Assembly: GCF_000181795.1 (NCBI RefSeq)
Contig: NW_003526941.1
Location: 9,500,038 to 9,562,799 of the forward strand
Direction: 5' to 3'
Source: Trichinella spiralis
Lineage: Eukaryota
DNA: 62,762 bases
Below are positions 25,819 through 38,692 of this stretch, one piece after another. The notes beneath the pieces were generated by a model. It saw nothing but the letters and a program-made list of their open reading frames with translations, made no database searches and was not told the origin of the DNA. The first letter of the stretch is position 1. Each line of letters begins with the position of its first letter. The position numbers and the translations under genes were made by a program.

Positions 25819-26454
25819 TGTCGTTTGTACCAAGTCAAGCACTACTTTTCAACAAAACCATGTAAATTACGCAGTAAAGTGAAAATAATTTTTGTCTTTG
25901 ACCTCAACTTTTCCTTAAAAAAGTTTTAAAGCAGATTTAATCGCTTTTATTTTTAAATAATGCTCATATATATAATGCGTTTTTTCTCCATTTAACCCAC
26001 TCCATTTTTCGTACTTAACAAAATAATGCTCTACATAAAACAAAGTAACCTATTTCACGTGTTTAAAAATATAGAACATTACTTTTGATTTTCAAACTAG
26101 ACTGTAAAGCACGATTAATAGTAATGAAGTTCAAGAATATAAAATAAAGAATGAAGCTGCATTAATAATTATTTTTTAACTGATTAAATAAATAGATTTC
26201 ATATGAACCCAATTACTATTTCATTCGGTCATACTAGTAGATATTTTTTATTCTGATAGTATGAAATTGATTGTTTTTTTCATTTATTTTATTTTTTCCT
26301 TATAACTATAATATTAAAATATATTTATTATCAGCCGACCATTGAAAACTTAAGGTTTTCATACTGTAAATGACAGTCAGGTTCTTTTTTATGTTCATTG
26401 TTCGCTGGTTTTTATTCATTCAGATAAAGGTCACCGGAATCGCGGAATTTTGCT

Positions 26455-29095
26455 ATGAAAAGTCGGTCCTCAAGCCGAGTGGAAAAAAGCAATACATCTA
26501 CACCTTCAAGCGCTAGTCCGAAAAGAAGAGGAAGAAAGGTCTGCAGACGATTGGTCATTTCAGATGATTCGGACATCGAAACTGTTATTCCTGATCGGCC
26601 AAACTTAAATGCTGCTGGATGCCTCGAACGCTGTACCGTAATCTCTTCAGGTTAGTTTTTGAAATTATAGAAAATTAAGATTAACCGTATATTTTTTCAA
26701 TAAATATATTTTTGTTATTTGTTTAATCAAATATAATGATTGATTTTATATTATTTTACTTATTTATTTTTTAAATTCTTTTAAATTGTTTAAGCTGTAT
26801 GTTGCATTGTTTCCTCGAATATATGTACAAATAATTATTTATAATTGTAATATATTAATTTTATAGAATTGTTTTTTAATTTTAGATTATCATTATTATT
26901 GAATTTTCAGAAACAGCAGTAATTCATGTTTTAATAGTTTTTAAATTGTTTTCTGCCTTTATATTATGTTTACAAGTGTTTGTTTTAGTTGCAGTTCGGG
27001 ATTTGAAAGCGGAACCTCTGGGCATGGTGGACATTTCAAGGCTTCGTAACGATCTAAATCTTGCACTGAATGCTATTTTTCTTCGTGCTACCGAGCTTCA
27101 TCGTTCATTGGACATTTTATCCGGAAGATCTTCAGCATTAGCTTATAGGTGCTCATCCAGTTGTAACTCAAGTTTTGCATCGGACAAAAATTGTAAATCA
27201 GTTCCTCGTACAACACTTGTCAATGGAACTCCTTTGAAACGACAACGAATTTTTATACCTACACCAACAGTATCTCAGAATGTTCGTTTTTGTTTTTTTC
27301 TTTTTAAAACATACATTTGTTATAACAGAAATTTTTGATTTTAGAAAGAGATCGAAAACACTTCAGTTGACCCATCAGCATTATCTCCCACCGCTCGTTA
27401 TTATTATACTGTGCCTAATCCGATACCGGATAGGTTTTGGAATTTTGTTCAGGAATATTTAAATTTTCCATCTGACGCAGACAGAACACTCTTATTACAG
27501 TTTGCTCAAGAAAGCAACTCAATGAAGTCAGCAGAATACTATCGATCACCGCATTCTTCGAAAACTCATTGGCGTTTAACAACGATTAAAGATAAAGGAA
27601 CCGGGTAATTAAACCGTTTTATTTGTTCTTTTGTTTGTATAGATGGCAGTAGGTAACTGAAAATCTTTGAACCGATTTTAGCACAAAAGCAGTATATTTC
27701 AGGCAAGAAATGCACAAAACACAGTTATTTGTTTAAAAATAGAAAATATGTTGATGTTACGATTGTCATATTATTTTGAATCTTATTGATTATTGTATAC
27801 AGTACCACAGGTTGATTTTATTGATTTTAATATTATGTTAACAAAAATTTTTCTCATACATTTAATGATTTTCAGGTTTAATTTGTAAAACTTTTATTTC
27901 AGCACGATTTATATTGCAGTATAAATTAATAATTTTGACCTATATAATATTCAACATTTAATTTAAAAATTATTGGCAGAATATTCAGTATTTTGAAATA
28001 TATTGAATTATACATTTTTGAATAGGTTGAATCTGAATTTATTTGAGCAACAATTATTAATGAAATTCATGTTTTTATTATCAGTCGTTTATTATTTTTA
28101 ATGTTTTCATTTATTATTAGGAATGAAATTAATTGTTTGAATTAAAAATGTTCAGAAATGAATATAGTGGATTGACATTGTTTAATTTGAAATAATCGTT
28201 TCACTTTTTAAAAATAAACATGCATATATGTATTTATTTGTTTCACTCATTTTCAGTTGTTCTGTTTTATTCAGATTTTAATTATTTATTTAGGGATCAA
28301 AGGAAAAGGCGAGATAATTTGAAACGAAATGCTTCGTCTGTTTCTACAAAGGTTGACACAAGAAAGCGCCGCTTTAGCGCTGATAAAACTGACACGTCTG
28401 CCGAAATGACTGATAACAGCAGTTGCAATGAATCCCAATTGAACGGACATCCAAATCAGCATATTGCCAGAATCATGGGAAGTTTGAACAGTATTCGACA
28501 GGATGGAGGACCCACTACGCGTCGAAGTGCTAGTGATATTAAAGAAAGTAAAAATTATCAAATAATTTATCATACTTTTGTATTTAAATTGTTTTAATGA
28601 AATCTGGTACATTTAAATTAAGGGAAAACTTTTTTTATGGCAAAATGTATTTATTTTTTTAATTTTAAGATTCGATTGAATTTGTTGATTGGAACGATCA
28701 GGAGCTATGCAATTCTTGGTTGAATGGTATTGAAGAAGACGATAATGAAGTGACGGCAGAACTTACTGACCGTGAAACGGAATTGAAACTATTGCAAACG
28801 GCTAATTATTGCGTTTTGCACCAGTTGCTCAAATCAGTTAGCGATGCAGAAGCTATTAATAATTGCAGACTTTTGCTTCATGAGACCGAAGCTAGCGTAC
28901 GTTTTATTGCATTTTGTTTTTGTTATTATTTTAATCCTTTTGAAATTTAAGATAATTGAATTGTCTACTCACTTAACTGATGAAGATGTTTCAACAAATC
29001 GCCTGCAAGTGAAGAAAGAACAAGAAGAGCTGTGGAAAGCTATTCAGGAAAAAAAGAAGTTGATACACGAGTTCAAATCGCTTGCCGAACCATGA
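26455..29095 (+). CDS. TADA3: Transcriptional adapter 3 (Ada3, SAGA/ATAC HAT module), divergent, about 6 exons
   Basis: EPLGMVDISRLRNDLNLAL resembles the Ada3 N-terminal IEELDTLQLELE block. PDRFWNFVQEY resembles PNRFWASVEPY. EDDNEVTAELTDRETELKLLQTAN resembles DEVLAELRKRQAELKAL..HN. KKEQEELWKAIQEK resembles KKEKDQAWKTLKER. Exons join with GT-AG introns. Confidence 0.75.
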
Positions 29096-29622
29096 CAACA
29101 TTTCCTTTTATTCACCAATATTTTATTAGGTATTTATTTTATTTTATTTGTTTATTTGTTATCTGCTCATTATTACTTATCAGTACTGTTATTTTGCTCA
29201 AATATGTTCTAAAGGGTGAATTTAAGAATATTTGCGCTTAACAGGCTCAACTGAAAAGAGCCTTTTCTATTCTTAGCGGTTAGTCTGTCTCTTTGTATGT
29301 TAAAAAAAGGCTTCATTTAAAATATCTTCACCACTGAGCATTAGCAAGCAGTGTATGTTAAAGCACTATGCGTATTCTTTACATCTGTGTTTTTTTATTG
29401 ACACTTAGGCAATAGTGGATTTACATATGTTCCGCCAAAATGTTTCCTCAAAATGCATTTTTTTGTATTTCTTTTGTCAGTTTCAATGAAAATACAAAGG
29501 AAACAAGTGTTTATTTAACAAAAAGTGCTGTCTTCAACAAGTAGAAACATAATAAATGTATGCTGTTTTTTTATCCTTTCTAACTGGTCATAACATAGCA
29601 GCACTAGCTTTTCATTGTACTG

Positions 29623-32600
29623 CTAAGATCCGATATCCGTACAACCTGTGCCGTATTGGTATTCCATAAAGGTGCGTTCTTCATCTCGATCAGCATTAGT
29701 TCCTCTTTCTAATTCTTTCTTTTTAACTGAAATGGTATGTAAGAAATTTTTAATTTTGCTTTGCAAATGGAAAATCATGCAATTTAAAGAACTTGCCTGA
29801 ATATTTGCCTCCTCTGGTTTTACGGAAAACATATAAAATAACCAAACAAGCAATTAAAACGCCACCTGCTGAAACGACGGCTATAAACCAGGCAACACCA
29901 CTAAGGCTTTGTTCTACATAAATAAGCAAATATTACATATTTTTTCAATAGATATTTTATCAAATGTGATAGGCATACCCACGGTCATGTCAGGTATAAG
30001 AACTGTCCTGTTTACCGTGTGAAAAAATTGAGCTTCAGATTCTGTAAAACGGTCACCATCTTTGGCCACTAATACTACGCTGTAATCAGCGTTTGGTTGC
30101 AAATTTCTTATGATCACTTGCTTTTGAGGAACATTGACAGTGTCGGTAATTTCCCATTTGTTTGATCCTGAAAATGGAGTGATGAAATAATTTTTTAATT
30201 TAAATATAAAATGTATCATTTAAAATAACCTATTAATGAATAATTGACATAAAACATCGTCCCAGGCATGCCTTTACTAGGTGGCAACCATATCACTTCT
30301 GCGGAATTTGAATCCGAAAGAGTAATTTTCATTTCCGGTTTAGCAGGATCTGAATGAATTATTATTTTTTGATTTAAATTAATTAGAAAAAAAACATTAT
30401 TCATTACCTTGCACATCCCACGTATTAACGATTTTATACGCTTTTTCACCTTCCCCTCCTCCAGTTTCAGCCCAAATAGATATTTCATATCTAGTGGCCG
30501 GTTTTGCAGTTTCATACAAGTAAAATGATCGTGGATAAGGCACCCAAGTTTCTTCTTCCTTTTCTTGTTCTGTCGTTCCTTTAGAATAAAGAAAATATTT
30601 AGCATTCAAAATAATAATAAAGTATTATATTATTACCTTTAAATGCAATGTAATAGCCACGTAAACGACCCCGTGCAGTTTCTGGAGCATCCCAGCTTGT
30701 TAAAATTGTATTAGCGCCTAACGCTTTGGCATGTAAATTTCTAACTGCAGATGGTGCTGAAAAAATAATTTCGTTTGTAATTCTAATGAAAATAATTGAA
30801 TATGAAATATGTGCGTACTTCCTTCAGGAGTGGTTATGTATATCCAAGAACTTGTAGGTCCATCATGCATAGAATTGTATGCTAAGACAGCTGTTTGATA
30901 TGTACTCATAGGCTGTAAATCTTTCAAAACTGCAGTTCGTTCGGTTGGTGGTGCGAGTGTAACTTTTGGTTTATCTGTAACGCGTTTTCCAGCATCATTA
31001 ACCAACCAGCATAAGATCTAAATAAATAAGATGATCCGTTTTTCTGATAGGCAGATTTGTATTTTTACCTTATATCCATAGAAATGACCGCGGACGGAAT
31101 CAGGATCAACGTGATCCCATTCTAAGACTATGCTTGTTGAATTGATCACTTCAGTAACTTTGACATTTTCTGGAGCTGCTACTGGTACTAGATTAGATTA
31201 TATTATTATTAAAAAACGGAAATGGAAACATGATTTTGGTATTATTTAAAGTTTAGCTTACTGTCTTGTCCTGAATAACCAATATACATTTCTGGAGTCA
31301 TCAACGATCGTCCAATTGCATTCACAGCTTGTACTTGAACAACATATTTTCGAAATGTTGGCTGATCTCTAATGACAACATGATCTTGAAGTGGATCTTC
31401 TACTTCAAATTCTTCCCAACTGGTACCAGGTTCATCAAGACGATATCGAATTAAATATCGAAATCTTTCACCATTGCATTCTTCTTTGCTCATCGGCTAA
31501 AATTAATTTTAAAAGAGTAATGTTGCTTGTGATGATGATACATTTTTAAGGCAATGATGGCAGCTGTGAGAAATGTAGAACATTACCTCCCAATAAATCA
31601 CCAGGTTGTCTTTTTCAGTACCAGCAGCGCTTACATTTTTTGGATTTGTGTAAGGGTAAGATGGAGGTGTTTGGCACGTTGCTTTCAAATATCCAGGTGT
31701 ACCAGCTCCTCTTTTATTAGAAGCTATTACGCGAAACGTATAATTGACCCACGGACTGAGGTTGATTACAGCTTCAAATGTTTTTTGGTCAGTCTGTTCT
31801 TCAGTCTACAAGATTTTATATTACAATTTTGGATGTTTGAAAATGCAATTATAACTCACCAAGGCAGGAATCCAAACATTTTTGTGAAATGCAGTCTCAT
31901 ATTCGACAGTATATTTTGTAATAGGTTCGTGATTGTCATAAGCTGCTGCCCATCTTACTAATGCTCTTCGTTCATTGCAATCGATACTTAGTAATTTTGG
32001 GCTTTCTGGGACATCTTCGAAAGCAATTCAATTCAGCACTTTGTCGTAGAAATTGAAGAAAAGGGTTTACATACCTTTAACAATTAGTTGCATTTTGCTT
32101 TTCAGTGTATCAACTTTTGTTTTTGAAACGCATGTATAAATTCCAGAATGACGTCCTCTTGGTTTCACAATTTCGAGTTTGTTGGGGATGTCAATTCTAT
32201 TAAAAAATTGTATTTATTAATTAGGAATTTATTTTTTAAATTTGATTACCTATATGCATTGTCACTTGCATTGTTTAGTAATATTTGGTCTCTATACCAC
32301 AAATATTCTATTTCAAGTCGATCGTCTGCTTTCGCTTCGCAAAAGAGATTGAATTTCGAATTTGCATCAATGATTGCTTTTGCAGGCTTCAGTTCAACAA
32401 GAAACTGCGTTGCTTCTATCAGTGATAAAATCGCTTTGAATTTATGAAATGTGGGAAAAGGTTGGAACATACTGTAAACCTCGAGCTTTCTCTTAGCTCG
32501 ATTTAAACCATATTTGTTGTTCACATGACAAAAATACAGGCCAGCATCTTTCGCGGTAACAGCTGATATGCGTAGTGTGTGATTACTCAGAATCTAATAT

Positions 32601-35600
32601 TACAAATAAATGTAAAAAAGCTTGAATGATAAATAATAGTCTTTTTTACGTGAAAACGAGGTCGACTATCTTTAATTTCCCGCTCTTTATTGTCCATCCA
32701 TTTAACTTCAGGCTTAGGAGCAGCTTCAACGCTGCAATCCAAATCTACATCTTGACCAAGAATTGTTGGAACAATTTCGTCTTCCTCAGTAGTAAAACGA
32801 GGAGCATGAGCTACAAGATCAAATATTTAGTACTTGGTTCCATATTTTTTTCATATAATAAACAACATACCGTATACATTTATAAAAGCATTCGCAAAAA
32901 TATATCCTAAAGGATTGGAGGCATTGCATTGGTACACGGCTGTATCTACATCATGATTTAGATTCACTATTTTCAAAATTTCACCATTTGATGAAAGAAG
33001 CCGACGAGAATTTTCAGAGAAATCTTAAAGTACATGTATTTATTATTTTATACATTTTTTATTAATTAAGTATACCAGTTATTGGCTGTCCATTAATAAA
33101 CCATCGTACGATAGGCTGGGGATCACCGAAAACTTTGCAATGTAATTCAGCATTACTTTCTTCAGCAACGTTGAGGTCTGCTGGTGGTCCGTCAACCCAT
33201 TGAGGAGCGTCTGAATTTCGTCGAAATTAATTTTAGATATGTATAGATATTTAACTTCTTTGAATGAACTTACTCAATATTTCTACATGCATTTCGTGTC
33301 GAACTAGACCATTTGCATCACAAATATAGGTCCCTTTATCAGAACTTATTACTGATTTTATGATTAAGGTTTTTCCAAAATTTTTATGAGCAATTCTATT
33401 CGTTGGCAGTTGAGCATCTTTCTTTGACCAGTGTATGGAGGGAAGTGGTCTAAAAGAGGAAAGTATATTTCATAAATATTTAAACTTTTCTACTGAAAGA
33501 TTACCTTCCACTGAAGATGCACGTTAAGTGCAGATCATTTCCTGCTTGCAGGACAATATTAGTTGGTGATGTCCATAATTTTTTAATAGAGGCAGTTTTT
33601 TCTAAATAAATTGACAGGAAAAAGTATTTTTACATTTCAAAAGAATGAAATCTGTTCTAATTTATGCATAATAACAAATAAACTTACTTTCAGTTGGAGA
33701 TACGAGCAAACGAAATTCGTCTCCGGCACGATACTCATCATGCAAAACAGGGCTTGTTGCAGCGCACTGATAAATTCGATATTCATCACTGTCACTGCTT
33801 TTTACAAATGAAAATTGCAAATTTCCATCGCCATCAACTGTAAAATTTAGAAAATAAATGAACTGTAAGTTTTTTCTTTATTTTTTTTATTTTTTATCTA
33901 ACATACTACGGTATATTTTATTCAACTGAAATTATCATCATCATCATTTCAAATCCGTACACAACATTTATTGTTTTTTCTTTTCTATGTAATATTACTA
34001 GAGTTCTGTGTTCTGCAATTTCTTACTTGTTATATGTTCTCGGTGAATCGTATCCATAGCGTAACTTTTTTTCAAATCTCTGTATAACCAAAATATTGTG
34101 GGTGATGGAACACCGTAAGGTTTATTGCATTCTAATGTCAAAGGTTGACCTTCTTCAACGATAACATCTTTCACGGGCCGTCGATCAAAGTAATTCAAAA
34201 CTTGAATATATATTTTTGAAATGTATTTAAACTTAAGATGAGAATATTTAAAATTACCTCCAGTTTTTACTTCAAAAATATGAGACATCGCCACACCATA
34301 AATATTTGATACGCTGCATTGATAGTAGCCTTGATCATCGACTTGAGGGTGTAGAAATGTAATACTACCGGATTGGCCGGCTCTTTGCCAAATTACACGG
34401 TGTCCATCAACAACAAATGATTTTCCATTTTTGAACCACATGAAACTACAAAATAATTCAGTTAGTCAAATCAACGTAGTTAACAATTAATTGCCTTATT
34501 GATTTTTATTAAAATTTTACTTCCTGTTTTTTCGAACATGATTTTATTGATAAAATATTTATCAATGAAATCATCAATACTAATTTAAGCTAATTCAAAA
34601 CAAGGCCAACAAACGTACTTTGCTCTTTTGAACAAACTTGCGAAATAAGAGGTAGTTTTTAATTTTCATTCATTTAAAATGCAAATTCTCAGTTTCCTAG
34701 CATTAAGAATTCAGTCTATTGTTTGCAAGTATATATGCCTCTTTCAGAACAGATATAATACGCATTATCACTAGGCAATGTCCGGTAGGGTCCAATTGTC
34801 AGTTTTGTCACCTTTTCACCTTGACATGGATCGAAACGGAAAATTGTATGCTAATAAAACTCTCCCAGATATGAACATCAGTAAAATGACACACACATAC
34901 ACATACATATATGTACTTTTCTCTTGTGTTCAAATTTTCTTAGTTAATTAACAAACATTAAGTTTTAGTATAAATTGCTTTCCGGCGGTATAAGGTTTTT
35001 CAGTTCATTAAATTAATTTAAAAAATAATGGTTATTGTTGTAAAACATTTAAAAGAATAAGGAAAACTGCAATGCATAGTACGCAAATAAAGATAGATTT
35101 ATCAGTTTATTTTATTCAAATTGAGGTCGTATCAGATCACTGTTGGAGGCTTTCAATTAATGCAAACAAATAATGGAATTAGATGTAAAAATTGTTTTGA
35201 CGTGAGATACGGAATAATTTTCCCATTAATCATGCCACCGAATGAGGAATTTATAATTGATTTTGATGTTCATTTAGAATTCATGTTTAGAAAATCAAAA
35301 TTAAATTACCAAATGCACTTATCGCGTGCAATACTGCCCAATCTCATTGAAAAGAGCTGAATAAAATCAGCTCAGTACTTTAAAATCTACTATTAATAAA
35401 GAATTAATGTATGAATTTTAAAAATTATATATGTATTTAAATTATTTTTGGTTAAATAAACGCGTAAATTTAATATAACGAGGTATTGTTATTTTTTCAT
35501 TTTTTGACGGTTGACTTAACAGATTGTTAAAGGAAATGAGATTGTCTCTTGACGCAAACTGTTCATGTTTTTCTTTTTAAATTAAATGATTATCTTCCTT

Positions 35601-37355
35601 GTTGCTACTGCTGCTTCTCTAGATTGACTTTTTGCTGTGACAGCTAGCTAGCTTTGCAATGAGTGGAAAACGCTAGACAATGCAACATTTTCTTTCCAAC
35701 GGTTAAGCAGCTAGCTAGTTATAATCTGTTAGAAATTGAATTTTATGGGAATATTATGAAATGCAAAACAGAAATCAGAAGCATAATAAAACAATAGTTT
35801 ACAGAATATGATGAAAAGGTTTGAGTGATTTTGTATCTTAAATATTTTCTAGTTATTATAAATATATGAGTTATGACTGACTGGAAATTAAGCTGTGACT
35901 TTTCCGCATGAAAAGATACTAAACGCTTCAAGCGACAGACTTTCAATTTTGCATCGACTAAACAAATATATATACCACTATTTCTGGCAGTACTTTGCTT
36001 TGGCAAAAATTGATTGCATCTTTCTCGCATGGGAGCGATGACAAGCGATGGCGACTATATAGAATACGTATAAGATTGGTTCCATCAGCTTATCTTGAAA
36101 CATACGGCGCATGTGCTTATTGTGATGCCGACTTGGTTGACGTGTATAGTTTGTATAAAGGCAATTTCTCATTTTTGCTATTTGCTACAAATTATCGAAG
36201 GAAGGAATTTCACGCGTCACTTATTTCACATTAAGCAATTATTTAAATTATTCTTATTGCAAAGTTCGCATTTGGACAATGTGTGTAAATTGTTGAATTG
36301 AATTTTCAGAAACGGTTATGCTCAAATTGAAACAGTTCAATTTACCCCGTTACACATAGTACAGGGAGTGGAATTAGCATTGCAATTTATCATTGCTTAC
36401 CGTTCGGGATCACCGGTAGCTTCGCATTTCAAAGAAAATTTATTCGGTTGTCCAGTGTTCGATATGTGAAACCATACAACGTGCTCTGATTCGTGTTCCA
36501 ATTTAGGGGGTGAGCTGACTGTAAAAATTATAAAAATTTTATTTCATATATAAAAGTAATTGTCAAAAGTTATACAATTAGAACGTCTAAAAATAACAGT
36601 ATGCTTTTCATCAGAAACATTTACTTGCATTGTTTATTCATGAAGCGCAGTGGTGAGTTAAATTTGTTATCATGCCATTGATGTGCAAAAAAAACTTGTC
36701 ACTTTTAAATAACTTTTACAATAAGAAGAATTATTAATAATTTATTGTAAAATGAAAGTATTGTTTTTATGAAGAATAGAGAAATTTCATTTATTCATTT
36801 TGTTGCGCAAATGAAAGGGGATGAGATGTCAGTAAATTGGTAAAAATCTGTTTCGAGAATCATCATCACGTATTTATAAATCCAATCGATGAGATCGGGC
36901 ATAAATATGAGAAAGCATCAAGCAAAAAGCAATAATCTGTTCAATGTGGAATCGACCAACCAAGAGGTCAATTAGCAAATAATCATTGTACAAGGATGGC
37001 CAAAAGACCGAATGCTAGTGGGTACCATGCAATTTCTTTTCAACAGAATGGCTTATCCATCCGAGAAGGTGAATTGATTAGCTTGTTTAATGAAAACATC
37101 TTTCAAACATTTGCACATCTAATTTATTGCTTAATTTTTTAATAATTATTTATGATAATTATATTTTAAATCAAATTATTTTCAATTAATATATTTATAA
37201 TTATCACTTATTATTATTATGAGTAAGATTTATTGGAGTTGATTGAAAATTTTGAAAGAAATTTCATAATCAAAATAAAACTTACTAAATTTTCCACACG
37301 TAATAAAGATGAGAGAGAAAAAAATCAGTGGAGTATTTGTATTGACGATGTTCAT
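29623..37355 (-). CDS. lad-2: L1CAM/neuroglian-family cell adhesion molecule (6 Ig + 5 FNIII + TM + short tail), LAD-2-like
   Basis: Six Ig domains (e.g. LKCEATGDP..WFKNG..DDQGYYQC; DTAVYQCNASNPLGY; DAGLYFC), five FNIII repeats, TM AWFIAVVSAGGVLIACLVILYV, tail RKTRGGKYSVKKKELERGTNADRDEERTFMEYQYGTGCTDIGS*. No FIGQY motif, as in LAD-2 rather than SAX-7. The start exon (MNIVNTNTPLIFFSLIFITCGKF, ATG 37355) is inferred from a signal-like sequence and a GTAAGT donor. Confidence 0.85.
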
Positions 37356-38661
37356 CGATTTTCGGATGTTGAAAATGGTCAAAATTTGAATTTGATTTCC
37401 TGACGCTGTATCTGAAAATATATTATCACAATTGAATTCAATTTAGAAATTTATGATTTTGTTTGAAAGGAGAACGTATTAGCGCGCACGGAAGAAAGAA
37501 GTAGTAATGCTATAATTATTGTCAGATGATAAATGTTTTTCTTCGGAAAATTAAGGCAATAATCAATTTTTCTCTAAATTTGAAAGTAAAAAAAGAAAAC
37601 AATAAAAATGTCAAGTGGAAGAGTATGGATGTAAGTTTCAAATATTATAACAAACCACCAGATTTGATGATCAGAAATACTAGATTATAATATATACATT
37701 GTAACCAATTGCCAATCGATATCCATTGGGTGGGTACACAGAAGAATGACCGAAGAGAAAATTAGCAATTCATTTATTATTATTATTATTATTATTACAT
37801 AGTGAGAAAAATTCGTCACCGAATAGTACAGACCAAACCAAATTAGGCATTGCACGCTAACCTAACCTATACTGGTTGATTAAGAAGAAAATCTGTTCCA
37901 ATTGGTAGCACTGATTCATTCTCGTCATTGGTGTAAAAGCTTTGTCCAATGATTTTCACGTTCAGCGAAGGACAGCAGCTGTTTAGCTTATACAACACTT
38001 ATTTGCAGCTTCTTTATGCATAAATTTATTTTCTTACTTTTCTTTTTCCTCTTCATGAAAATTCTTCTACTTCAAAATAATATTTATATAATGCATCCAG
38101 TCGAACATCTAGTTGTTTCCAATGGTGATGATTGTAATTTATCAGTTGAATATAAATGACAGATTTTTTCACTCAGCATGTATATATAATTATATGACTG
38201 TAGAAAATATATTATAATAACACCTGGATATTATGACAATTGACAGAGGATAGGTGAAGAAACCTAATTCACAATCCCATTTGAAATCAGTTATGTTCTG
38301 GTCATTGCTATGCAAAGTTATTAATATGTTCATCATTTGACTGACAAGAGAAGCATATGAAATCAGGGCAACGTTCTGTTCAGATTGACATTTTCTGTTT
38401 ACATGATTTAGTTGGAATATATTTCAAAAGAAATACATATAACTATATAAATTAAGATGTATGTATATTAATAATATATTAGAAAAAATATTTTAATATT
38501 TATAATTTGCAAAGAGATTTCATTACCACCAACAGTTTTCTCGTTGTTTCTGGAATGTTGAAATGTTGAGGTGACGATAATGTCCAGGTAGTTTATATGG
38601 CTTTGTTTGTTTTAAAATTAAACTGGTGAAAAAAGCTCTGGGTAGGTAGTAGAAAAGGGAG

Positions 38662-38692
38662 ACAGGCAGGCAGGCAGGCAGGCGGGTAGGCA
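38662..38692 (+). repeat. (CAGG)n tetranucleotide microsatellite
   Basis: acaggcaggcaggcaggcaggcgggtaggcag seen directly. Confidence 0.85.

Noticed and set aside
37961..37981. Bona fide REST/RE1 site
   Set aside because: Half-site spacing and the CACC core do not match, and no true REST orthologue is established in nematodes. Kept only as a repeated motif.
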